Source: an uncultured Smithella sp.
GTDB taxonomy: Bacteria > Desulfobacterota > Syntrophia > Syntrophales > Smithellaceae
Direction: 5' to 3'
Assembly: GCA_964394185.1 (NCBI GenBank)
Contig: CAYMWM010000003.1
Coordinates: 1,193 to 65,192 of the forward strand
DNA length: 64,000 nt
Below the pieces are notes generated by a model that was not told the origin of the DNA, did not search any database, and saw only the letters and a program-made list of their open reading frames with translations. The translations under genes were made by a program, and so were the position numbers. Positions 36,317-44,763 of the stretch are shown here, in pieces. The first letter of the stretch is position 1. Each line of letters starts with the position of its first letter.

Positions 36317-37831
36317 ATGAAACTCAATACGGTTATTGATAATACCAAAGCCAAAATGATGGATTTGCCATTCATTACAAAGAGATTTCTTCGAAACTCC
36401 TGGGCCGGATACCTTTTTCGCGGACCGAATCCCCGCGATGCGGCTGTTTTTATAAAATACTGGATTATGAACTGGGCGGCTATTTTCTACTGGATTGGCG
36501 AATCTATAATTAAACTGGGCCCTGTCGGATTCACCCGCGCGCTGATTAAAAATCCCTGGATACTGATTTTGCTCAGGGTCAATGGCGCCTCCAACCGTAT
36601 GGTGCTCGGTCGAACCGGCATGTATCACGATTCCATCTGTCTGACCATGCATACCATTTGTCTGGGCGTAATCGATCAACTGCGCCAGATGCTGTTTGAT
36701 CCCGAGCGCCTGGTTGTCTTCGAGGATCTCGTTCCCTATGATATCGGACGGGCTATGGGATTGAACTGTTACCTGCTCGAACTGATGGGTATTGTTTTGC
36801 CCATTCTCTATTCCGATGCTTCCTTGCCGTACATCGATGAAGCGGAAAACTCGGGTATGAATCCCGATGCCTGCAGTTTACCCAAGGCCACCGTGGGCAT
36901 GGTCATCAAGGGTCATATGCCCAAAGGGGTGGCCATGGTAAGTTCCAACATGCCCTGCGACGCGGGGGCTGCCTCCTATGCCTTCATCGAGCGCGCCTTT
37001 AATGTTCCCACCTACCGGGTGGACGCGCCTTATTTTTTCTACAACGAACGGGCGGAAAAGCTGTTTGGCAAGGATATTGACGGCATGATTGCCTGGCTGG
37101 AGGAACATACCCCCGGACGCATGGACTGGGATGAAATGCGCAAAATCTGTGAAGGCCGCAACCGCATGCTGGAAATGGAGACGGAGCTCTGGGAAATGAT
37201 TAGAGTCAAACCCGCGCCGCTGGCCTGCGAGGCGGTGTGGTTGAGCCACATCTGGCATTTCAATGTCACGGCTGGTTATCACCGGTCGGTCAAATTTTAT
37301 GAAAAGCTCCTAAAAATGGCGCGCAGAAATTATGAAAATAAAATTTCCGCCACAAAAAATGAGAGATATCGGGCGGTGCTCTGGAACCCGCCGTTTCTCC
37401 ATTTCAGCGATATTTTCAACTGGGTAGAACGCACCTACGGTGTAGTTCTTATCAATGACAGCATGACTTACAATCATCATGGTCCCATCGATACGACCTC
37501 GAAGGAAACCATGATCAGGGATTGGGGCAGGACCGTCATGCAGGGGCCCATGGTTCGCCATACGCGCGGACCGGCTGAGAACTATCTGGACGATATTTTC
37601 CGCATGTATGAGCAGTTCAGTCTCGATATGGTCTGGGTAGCCAACCATGTGGGGTGTAAAGGCGGTCAGGCCATGAACGGCATCCTGCGGGAGCGGTGCC
37701 GCGCCAAAGGCATTCCCCTGCTCATTCTGGATTACGACCTCTCCGATCGAAGGATCGTATCGCATGACAACATGATGAAGCAGGTGGATTTCTTTATGGA
37801 AAACGTCATGAAGGCAAATCGCCTGAATTAA
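36317..37831 (+). CDS. HGD-D family large subunit with ~110-aa hydrophobic N-terminal extension (copy A)
   Basis: 504 aa. DACSLPKATVG, SNMPCDAGAASY and VANHVGCKGGQA conserved Cys segments. About three-quarters of aligned positions look identical to 40071-41591 by eye. Confidence 0.8.
   Translation: MKLNTVIDNTKAKMMDLPFITKRFLRNSWAGYLFRGPNPRDAAVFIKYWIMNWAAIFYWIGESIIKLGPVGFTRALIKNPWILILLRVNGASNRMVLGRTGMYHDSICLTMHTICLGVIDQLRQMLFDPERLVVFEDLVPYDIGRAMGLNCYLLELMGIVLPILYSDASLPYIDEAENSGMNPDACSLPKATVGMVIKGHMPKGVAMVSSNMPCDAGAASYAFIERAFNVPTYRVDAPYFFYNERAEKLFGKDIDGMIAWLEEHTPGRMDWDEMRKICEGRNRMLEMETELWEMIRVKPAPLACEAVWLSHIWHFNVTAGYHRSVKFYEKLLKMARRNYENKISATKNERYRAVLWNPPFLHFSDIFNWVERTYGVVLINDSMTYNHHGPIDTTSKETMIRDWGRTVMQGPMVRHTRGPAENYLDDIFRMYEQFSLDMVWVANHVGCKGGQAMNGILRERCRAKGIPLLILDYDLSDRRIVSHDNMMKQVDFFMENVMKANRLN
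37538..37818 (+). repeat. Near-identical 281-nt tract shared with 41295-41575 (3' ends of the duplicated HGD-D genes)
   Basis: Gap-free collinear alignment at offset 3757. It includes a 41-nt run of perfect identity (cggtgccgcgccaaaggcattcccctgctcattctggatta), so synonymous sites are conserved. Confidence 0.85.
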
Positions 37832-37847
37832 AGATAGAGGAGTTACA

Positions 37848-39158
37848 ATGGGTCACATTGCTGCCAAGGACATATTTCGCCGGGTTGGAGATAAACTGGA
37901 TAGCCTCCATGTCCGATGCTCGTGGAATGATGATCTCAAGGCATTGTTGAAGGCGCTCTTTACCGAAGAAGAGGCCGAAATTTTTGTCAAGATGCCTTAT
38001 GTGTTTTCGGACTTGAATCGCATAAGCAAGATTACCAGATTGCCAAGAGAGCATACTCGGCAATTACTTAATAGCTTATGCAGCAAGGGGCTCGTCGTAG
38101 ATATCTGGATTAACGACCGCTATCATTATATGCCCTCGCCCATGATCATCGGCGTGTTTGAATTCACCATGATGCGAACAGGCAAAGACGCCAAACCCGC
38201 AGAATGGGGACCGCTGTTTTATCGAGTGCTCGAGAACAAAGAGAGTTTCTACCATCCCAATGCGGGAGCAGATCAGGTTATGTCACCGGCGAGAGTCTAT
38301 CTTCATGATGAATCTGTCCTGCCGGATGAATACACGCGCATATTGGACTACGAATCGGCCACACACATCATAGATACATCCTCGAAATGCGCTATAGGTA
38401 TCTGTTCCTGCCGTCATGAAAAATTGCATGCGGGCGTAAAAAAATGCGACCTGCCTCTAGAAACCTGCGCCAGTTTCGGTTGGGCTGCCGATTACCTCGT
38501 CCGCCATAAAATGGCGCGCGAGGTTACGAAAGAACAGATGAAGGATAATATGGCCCTATCCCGTGAAAAAGGTCTGGTCTTTTGCGGCGACAATGTCCGG
38601 CGCAATGTAACCTTTATCTGTCAATGCTGTTCCTGCTGCTGCAACCTGTTGCTGGGAGTTAACCGGCACGGCTACCCCAATACGCTTGTGACATCAAGCT
38701 TCATCGCCACGGTGGATGAAGCTGCATGCACGGGCTGCACCAAATGTTACAAGGCCTGTCCGGTAGAGGCCATTGAAATAATTGAAAAGCAAGCTTCCGC
38801 CAAACCCCGCAAACTGGCTGTCGTCAAAGAAGATTTGTGTCTCGGATGCGGCGTATGCACAATGCAATGTGCCCAAAAGGCTATTAAAATGGAAAAAAGA
38901 CCGGAGCGCTACATTCATCCGGAAACGACTTTTGAGCGGGTGTTGCTGCAATGCCTGGAGCGGGGCACGCTGCAAAACCAGATATTCGACAATCCCGAGA
39001 GCCTTTCTCAGGAATTCATGCGTGGTTTGATTAAAGGGTTCATGAAACTTGTACCCGCCAAACAGATTGAGATGAATAAAACATTACGATCCAGTTTTCT
39101 GGCTTTGGGCGGAATGGTCATCAGCCTGAAGAACAAAAGCTGGATCAAGGAACTTTAA
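37848..39158 (+). CDS. Cys-rich Fe-S protein: N-terminal winged-helix-like region, CxxxCxC and CxCCxCCC motifs, plus 2x[4Fe-4S] ferredoxin motifs (copy A)
   Basis: CAIGICSCRHEKLHAG..C..C, FICQCCSCCCNLL, CTGCTKCYKACP and CLGCGVCTMQC. 436 aa. Confidence 0.75.
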   Translation: MGHIAAKDIFRRVGDKLDSLHVRCSWNDDLKALLKALFTEEEAEIFVKMPYVFSDLNRISKITRLPREHTRQLLNSLCSKGLVVDIWINDRYHYMPSPMIIGVFEFTMMRTGKDAKPAEWGPLFYRVLENKESFYHPNAGADQVMSPARVYLHDESVLPDEYTRILDYESATHIIDTSSKCAIGICSCRHEKLHAGVKKCDLPLETCASFGWAADYLVRHKMAREVTKEQMKDNMALSREKGLVFCGDNVRRNVTFICQCCSCCCNLLLGVNRHGYPNTLVTSSFIATVDEAACTGCTKCYKACPVEAIEIIEKQASAKPRKLAVVKEDLCLGCGVCTMQCAQKAIKMEKRPERYIHPETTFERVLLQCLERGTLQNQIFDNPESLSQEFMRGLIKGFMKLVPAKQIEMNKTLRSSFLALGGMVISLKNKSWIKEL

Positions 39159-39181
39159 ATAAATACATGAAGGAGATTGAC

Positions 39182-39973
39182 ATGACGAAGAAATATTACG
39201 GCGGCTGCGATGTCGGCTCCACAACCGGCAAAGCGGTCATTCTTGATGAAAGCGGCAACATGGTTTCCAGCGCCATCGTTCCCAGTGAAATTGATCCGGA
39301 ATTGACCTCTGTATTGGCTCTGGAGAAGGCCTGCGCAATGGTGGATGGCTTAAAAAGCTACAAAGAGCTGGCTTATCTTGTGGGTACGGGCTACGGGCGG
39401 AATGAGGTCTCTTTTGCCAACGAAAATATTTCTGAGATCAGCTGCCACGCCATGGGGACTTTTTCCTGCGCGCCTTTAGTCAAAACTATTGTGGATATCG
39501 GCGGGCAGGATGTAAAAACGATTTCCTTAAACGGCGATGGTTCGGTGCTGGAATTTGCCATGAACGATAAATGTGCCGCCGGTACAGGAAGATTCTTCGA
39601 GGCCATGAGCCGTATCTTCCGGATGGATCTCAATGAATTTTCATCGCTGTCTTTGAAGGCCAACAAGATTATTCCGGTTACCGCCCAGTGCAGTGTCTTC
39701 GCGGAGAGTGAGGTCATCAGTCTGCTGGCGCGCCGCAATCCTCCCGAAGAAGTAGCAGCAGGAATTCAGGCGGCGGTTTCCAAGCGCTGCTTCACATTGC
39801 TCAAACGAATCGGTATGCAGCCTCTGGTGACCGTGACGGGTGGATGCGCCAAAAGCAAGGGACTGATTAAATCATTGACCAAAGTCATTGGCATGGAAGT
39901 GACGCCTCTGCCGGTAGATCCCCAGATAATTGGCGCACTGGGAGCTGCTGTATTTGCCCGACGCCGGCAGTGA
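39182..39973 (+). CDS. BcrAD/BadFG/HgdC-family (ASKHA) activator ATPase, copy 3
   Basis: GCDVGSTTGKAV, DIGGQDVK, DKCAAGTGRFFE and TGGCAKS. The ATG at 39182 follows AAGGAG; the track start is 39167. Confidence 0.85.
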   Translation: MTKKYYGGCDVGSTTGKAVILDESGNMVSSAIVPSEIDPELTSVLALEKACAMVDGLKSYKELAYLVGTGYGRNEVSFANENISEISCHAMGTFSCAPLVKTIVDIGGQDVKTISLNGDGSVLEFAMNDKCAAGTGRFFEAMSRIFRMDLNEFSSLSLKANKIIPVTAQCSVFAESEVISLLARRNPPEEVAAGIQAAVSKRCFTLLKRIGMQPLVTVTGGCAKSKGLIKSLTKVIGMEVTPLPVDPQIIGALGAAVFARRRQ

Positions 39974-40070
39974 ATATAGTAGTTGATAATTTTGGTGCTT
40001 TAAAAATTAAATTGGAAAAGAGGCCAGTCTTATTCGGAAGCAGGAACAACGTATTTATGGTGAGTCTTAC

Positions 40071-41591
40071 GTGAAGTTTAATACTGCCATTGACGACACC
40101 ATGACCAATATCTTGCGCCTGCCGGATTACGTGAAGGGTTTCCTGAAGCGATCGCTCATCGGATATCTTTTCAGTGCGTCGCATCCGCGGGATGTGCTTG
40201 TTTTTACAAAATATTGGATCCTAAACTGGGTGGCAATTTTGCATTGGATAGGGCAGTCCATCTTTAAACTCGGTCCCATCGTCCTTGGCCGCGCTTTGAT
40301 TAAGCATCCGTGGATATTGATTTTACTTCGTGTCAATGGCCTCACCAATCGTGTGGCGCGCGGTAAAACCGGTGTGTATCATGATGCGCTTTGTCTGATT
40401 GTTCACACCATTTGTTTGGGCGTTATTGAAGAATTGCGCAACATGCTGTTTGATGCGGAGCATTTGGTCATTTTCGAAGATCTTGTCCCTTATGATATCG
40501 GCAGGGGCATGGGTTTAAATTGTTACATGCCTGAACTGTGGGGTATTATCCTGCCCATTCTAACATCCGAGGCCACCTTGAAATATATTGATGAAGCTGA
40601 AAACTCGGGTATGAATCCCGACGCGTGCAGTCTGCCTAAGGCCACGGTGGGAATGGTTCTCAAAGGTCATGTTCCCAAAGGCATTGCCATGGTCTGTTCC
40701 AATATGCCCTGTGACGCTGGCGCTGCTTCCTACTCGGTCATTCAACGCGCGTTTGGCAATATACCGGCCTACCGGTTGGACGCGCCTTATAATTTTTACA
40801 ATGAGCGCGCGGAAGAGTTTTTTGCCAGAGATGTCATGGGCATGATCTCCTGGTTGGAGAAACACACTCCCGGACGGATGGATTGGGGTCGGATGCGAGA
40901 GATATTCCAGGGACGCAACCGCATGCTGGAGCTTGAGACGGAACTTTGGGAAATGAACCGGATCAGACCGGCTCCTCTGGCGGGTGCCGCGGTCTGGTTG
41001 AGTCACTTGTGGCATTTCAATGTCTCGGCCGGGAGTCCGGCATCGGTGCGATACTATGAAAAGCTGGTTAAACTGGCACGCAAAAATTATGAAAATAAAA
41101 TTCCTGCCACAAAGAATGAACGATACCGGGCGGTGCTCTGGAACCCGCCTTTTATGCATTTCAGTGATATTTTCAACTGGGCTGAACAGAAGTATGGCGT
41201 TTTAATAATCAACGACAGCATGACCTACAATCACCATGAACCCATTGACACAACGTCACCGGAAACCATGATAAAAGGCTGGGCCAGGACTATCATGCAG
41301 GGTCCTATGGTGCGTCACACACGCGGACCGGCTGAAAATTATCTCGATGATATTTTCCGAATGGTCGAGCAGTTCAGTCTCGATATGGTCTGGGTTGCCA
41401 ACCATGTGGGGTGCAAGGGCGGTCAGGCTATGAACGGTATCCTGCGGGAACGGTGCCGCGCCAAAGGCATTCCCCTGCTCATTCTGGATTATGACCTCTC
41501 CGATCAAAGGATCGTATCGCACGACAACATGATGCGGCAGGTGGATTTTTTTATGGAAAACATCATGAAGGCAAAGTGTATCGATAAGTAA
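40071..41591 (+). CDS. HGD-D family large subunit with hydrophobic N-terminal extension (copy B, no adjacent small subunit)
   Basis: GTG start. 506 aa. Collinear with 36317-37831, and the last ~90 aa are nearly identical. Confidence 0.8.
   Translation: MKFNTAIDDTMTNILRLPDYVKGFLKRSLIGYLFSASHPRDVLVFTKYWILNWVAILHWIGQSIFKLGPIVLGRALIKHPWILILLRVNGLTNRVARGKTGVYHDALCLIVHTICLGVIEELRNMLFDAEHLVIFEDLVPYDIGRGMGLNCYMPELWGIILPILTSEATLKYIDEAENSGMNPDACSLPKATVGMVLKGHVPKGIAMVCSNMPCDAGAASYSVIQRAFGNIPAYRLDAPYNFYNERAEEFFARDVMGMISWLEKHTPGRMDWGRMREIFQGRNRMLELETELWEMNRIRPAPLAGAAVWLSHLWHFNVSAGSPASVRYYEKLVKLARKNYENKIPATKNERYRAVLWNPPFMHFSDIFNWAEQKYGVLIINDSMTYNHHEPIDTTSPETMIKGWARTIMQGPMVRHTRGPAENYLDDIFRMVEQFSLDMVWVANHVGCKGGQAMNGILRERCRAKGIPLLILDYDLSDQRIVSHDNMMRQVDFFMENIMKAKCIDK
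41295..41575 (+). repeat. Partner copy of the 37538-37818 tract
   Basis: Same alignment as above. Confidence 0.85.
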
Positions 41592-41622
41592 GGTTGTTTT
41601 TATTTCATGAGGCATAGGAGAC

Positions 41623-42939
41623 ATGCGTATGCATATGGCCACTAAAAAGACAGCTTATCATAAGCTGGGGGAAAAGATAGACAACCTGCATGTAAAATCA
41701 CCCTGGAATGAAACATGGCATCATATCCTTAAGGAGTTATACACCATTGAGGAGGCTGATGTGGTGGTCGGGATGCCCTATACTCTTTCAACACTGGAAA
41801 GAATATCGCAGATAACCGGAATTGAGGGCACCAGACTTCAGAACATTCTGGAGAGCTTGTGCAGAAAAGGGCTTGTTATGGATGTATGGAATGTGGATCA
41901 CGGCCGGTACTATTATCTGCCCTGGCCTATAGCCATAGGGATTTTCGAATTTACCATGATGAGGACCGATAGAGATCTCAACAAGAAGAAAATAGCGGAA
42001 CTCTTTCACGAATACTTCGGTTCCGTGCACGCTGCTAATTTTTCAAACGATGAAAAAATTTCAGCGCTACGCGTCATTCCCGTTGAAGAATCTATATCCA
42101 ACGGCAATCATACGGTGTTTTTCAATTACGAAAAAGCCACATCGATCATCGAAAGTTCGGATAAGTATGCCATCGGCCTTTGCTCCTGCCGGAACGAAAA
42201 ACTGCATGCTGGAGCCGGGACTTGCGATGCGCCTATGGATTCCTGCAGCCTCTTGGGGATTGGTGCGGATTACGGGATCAGAAATAAACTCGCCAGGCAG
42301 GTCACGAAATCTGAAATGCTGGATAACTTAGCCCGGTCAAAAGAATATGGTCTGGTATTCTGTGCCGTCAACACTCAAAAGAATCCGGTGGCCATCTGCC
42401 ACTGCTGCAAGTGCTGCTGCAACTTTTTAGGCGGATTGACCAAATACGGATATCAGAATTGCGTCGTTACATCCAATTTCATTTGCCGGATCGATGTCGA
42501 CAAGTGCAAAGGATGCGGTCGATGCGTTAACGCATGTCCGGTCAATGCTTTGAGTATGGTGTCGGCAAATGATCCTCGGAACATGAAAAAGAAAATATGC
42601 CTGCTCAATACGAAAATATGCGTGGGCTGCGGTGTTTGTGTAAACAAATGTGTCGGCAAGGCCATTGAGATGATACCGCGGGAGAACAGGGTTATTCATC
42701 CGGAGTCTCTTTTCGAAGTGATTATGATGGCGGCACTTGAACGCGGCACCCTGCAGAACCAACTGTTTGATAATCCATTGAGCATAACGCAGCATTACAT
42801 GAGAACCTTTGTCGGGGCGTTTCTGAAGCTTGAATCGATCAAACAGGTTTTTATGAGCAATCTTTTCCGATCCATATTCTTATCATCGGCAAGGGGAATT
42901 GCCAGAATGCAGGGCAAGCGTTGGATGCTGGATCTATAA
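41623..42939 (+). CDS. Cys-rich Fe-S protein (copy B), paralogue of 37848-39158
   Basis: YAIGLCSCRNEKLHAG, ICHCCKCCCNFL, CKGCGRCVNACP and CVGCGVCVNKC. The start could be 41623, 41629 or 41635 (MRMHM). Confidence 0.75.
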   Translation: MRMHMATKKTAYHKLGEKIDNLHVKSPWNETWHHILKELYTIEEADVVVGMPYTLSTLERISQITGIEGTRLQNILESLCRKGLVMDVWNVDHGRYYYLPWPIAIGIFEFTMMRTDRDLNKKKIAELFHEYFGSVHAANFSNDEKISALRVIPVEESISNGNHTVFFNYEKATSIIESSDKYAIGLCSCRNEKLHAGAGTCDAPMDSCSLLGIGADYGIRNKLARQVTKSEMLDNLARSKEYGLVFCAVNTQKNPVAICHCCKCCCNFLGGLTKYGYQNCVVTSNFICRIDVDKCKGCGRCVNACPVNALSMVSANDPRNMKKKICLLNTKICVGCGVCVNKCVGKAIEMIPRENRVIHPESLFEVIMMAALERGTLQNQLFDNPLSITQHYMRTFVGAFLKLESIKQVFMSNLFRSIFLSSARGIARMQGKRWMLDL

Positions 42940-43195
42940 AGCTAGGAGAACTTTTTCATTAAGCGAAAAAATAGACTTTCTATATCGTCAATAACCAGCC
43001 ACAATCATTAAGCATTGGAGTTGAAAATAAAAAAATTGACAAAAAGTATTAAAATTTTTTACAAGGAGATCATTTAAAAGGAAGAAAGAAGGCATTGCTG
43101 CAAATCGATGAACAACTGGTAGCCATCAGAGGCTCAATTTTACAGAGGGAAGTAAAAATACAGGGGAAAAATTAGTTTCTAGCAAGGATGATTAA

Positions 43196-43606
43196 ATGAT
43201 GAAAAAAATCAGTACAGATTTTTGGGAGAAAATGTTTTTTATCGGCGCTTTGTGGAATATCGGCATCGGCCTTAGCGGTCTCTTATTCTATGATTTCAGC
43301 ATGAAGATGCTTTTCGGAGAGCAGGCGGCAACGGCCAATTTTCTGACCCTGTTTTTTTTCCGGTTCTTTATGATTGCGGTGATTATCTTTGGTGTTGGTT
43401 ATTATATCGTCTCCCGTGATCTTAACACCAATCGGGCCGTTGTGTGGCTGGGGCTTGCGGCAAAACTCATCATCTTTTTTACCTTCGTTTATTACTATAT
43501 TTTGGGACAAGCTACCTGGTTTTCCGTGTTTGGCTGTTCAGGCGACTTCGCCTTTTCCATTTTGTTTATAATCTTTCTTTACCAGACAAAAGAAGGCGTT
43601 CAATAA
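43196..43606 (+). CDS. Small integral membrane protein (about 4 TM helices), unknown function
   Basis: 136-aa hydrophobic ORF after a 256-nt intergenic gap. I recognised no motif. Confidence 0.5.
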   Translation: MMKKISTDFWEKMFFIGALWNIGIGLSGLLFYDFSMKMLFGEQAATANFLTLFFFRFFMIAVIIFGVGYYIVSRDLNTNRAVVWLGLAAKLIIFFTFVYYYILGQATWFSVFGCSGDFAFSILFIIFLYQTKEGVQ

Positions 43607-43631
43607 TTTTTAATAGGATAAGAGGCGAACA

Positions 43632-44381
43632 ATGGCAAAAAAACCGATAGATAATCTCTCCCGGCTGTATACGTATAAAGAGGGTATGGAATGGAATCCT
43701 GTGGAAAAGGTCATCATGGAGCGGCGCAGTATCCGGAATTTCAAAAAACAGCCGGTTCCCGACAATATGATCAGAAGAATTCTTGAGGCCGGGAGATTCG
43801 CACCTACGGCGGGTAACGCCCAGCCCTGGAAATTCGTTGTCATCAAGGATCAGGCGCTGATTGCGGAAATGGAAAAAGAAACAATCAAATTCAGTAAATT
43901 GCTCATGTGGTTTGTTGATTATAATCGCAATGCCTTCCGGAGCGTATTTCTTGCTCCTTATACAAAGTTTATGACGCGGTTGATGCCCAATAAGCTTCAT
44001 CCCATCCCTTTCAACCTGCTCCAGCAGATAGCGGCGGAAAAAACACCGGTTTACCACAATGCTCCGGTGATGATCCTGCTGATGATAGATAAAAGGGGCG
44101 TCGGCAATCCTGTTTTGGATACGGGAATCTGCGGACAGAACATGGTTCTGGCTGCCCACAGTTTGGGCTTGGGAACCTGCTGGGTCGGCATGATAACCGT
44201 ATTGATGATGAATCCCCTTTGGCGGAAAAAATTGGGAGTAGCCTCTCCTTATGAACTTACCGATTGTCTTGTTTTAGGCTGGCCCAAAGGCGATTATGAC
44301 GGCGAGGTGGAAAGAGAGGTCCAATTGGTTGAGTGGATTGATGAAAACGGAGTAAAAAGAATAGAGAGTCAGGGAGTTTGA
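43632..44381 (+). CDS. Nitroreductase-family flavoprotein
   Basis: RRSIRNFKKQPVP....ILEAGRFAPTAGNAQPWKFVVI is the classic nitroreductase N-terminal signature. Confidence 0.8.
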   Translation: MAKKPIDNLSRLYTYKEGMEWNPVEKVIMERRSIRNFKKQPVPDNMIRRILEAGRFAPTAGNAQPWKFVVIKDQALIAEMEKETIKFSKLLMWFVDYNRNAFRSVFLAPYTKFMTRLMPNKLHPIPFNLLQQIAAEKTPVYHNAPVMILLMIDKRGVGNPVLDTGICGQNMVLAAHSLGLGTCWVGMITVLMMNPLWRKKLGVASPYELTDCLVLGWPKGDYDGEVEREVQLVEWIDENGVKRIESQGV

Positions 44382-44737
44382 TTGATATGTTAAATTTGGC
44401 ACTGGGTAAAAAAAATAAGATACCGAATTATTTCAAAGAGAATCAAATGACTTACGGCATTGTAATGTTCGATCCGAAGGCGTGCACGGGTTGCGGGATT
44501 TGCGTCTCCCTTTGTCCGGCGCGGGGCTTGATTCTTGCCAGAAGATCCGAAGATTCCAAAAAGAAAATTCCGTTGATGATACAGCCGGCACTGGGAATAT
44601 CGCTGTGCATGGCCTGCGGAGATTGCCGGGCTGCCTGTCCCGAAAATGCCATCAGCATAAAGCAGGGATTCAATACCAGGTTCTTTTACCGAAAGTTGTC
44701 TCAAAAACCGGACATGACCGGGCCTAAGAAATATTAG
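44378..44737 (+). CDS. 2x[4Fe-4S] ferredoxin
   Basis: CTGCGICVSLCP and CMACGDCRAACP. 119 aa. ATGA-type overlap with the nitroreductase gene. Confidence 0.8.
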   Translation: MIDMLNLALGKKNKIPNYFKENQMTYGIVMFDPKACTGCGICVSLCPARGLILARRSEDSKKKIPLMIQPALGISLCMACGDCRAACPENAISIKQGFNTRFFYRKLSQKPDMTGPKKY

Positions 44738-44763
44738 TTTTGCAACAAGGAGGAAGTAAATCA

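Noticed and set aside
40560-41159. 199-aa ORF on the - strand (and the similar 36878-37282, 37310-37765, 41256-41642)
   Set aside because: They are antisense to the duplicated HGD-D genes. They appear in both copies only because the sense sequence is duplicated.
43036-43064. TTGACA followed at 17 nt by TTACAA upstream of the small membrane protein gene (similar TTGACA at 48860-48865)
   Set aside because: The -10 candidates are poor (TTACAA, TAGCGT), so I do not call promoters here. The AATAATcATTATT palindrome at 48893-48905 is likewise in very AT-rich DNA and could be chance.
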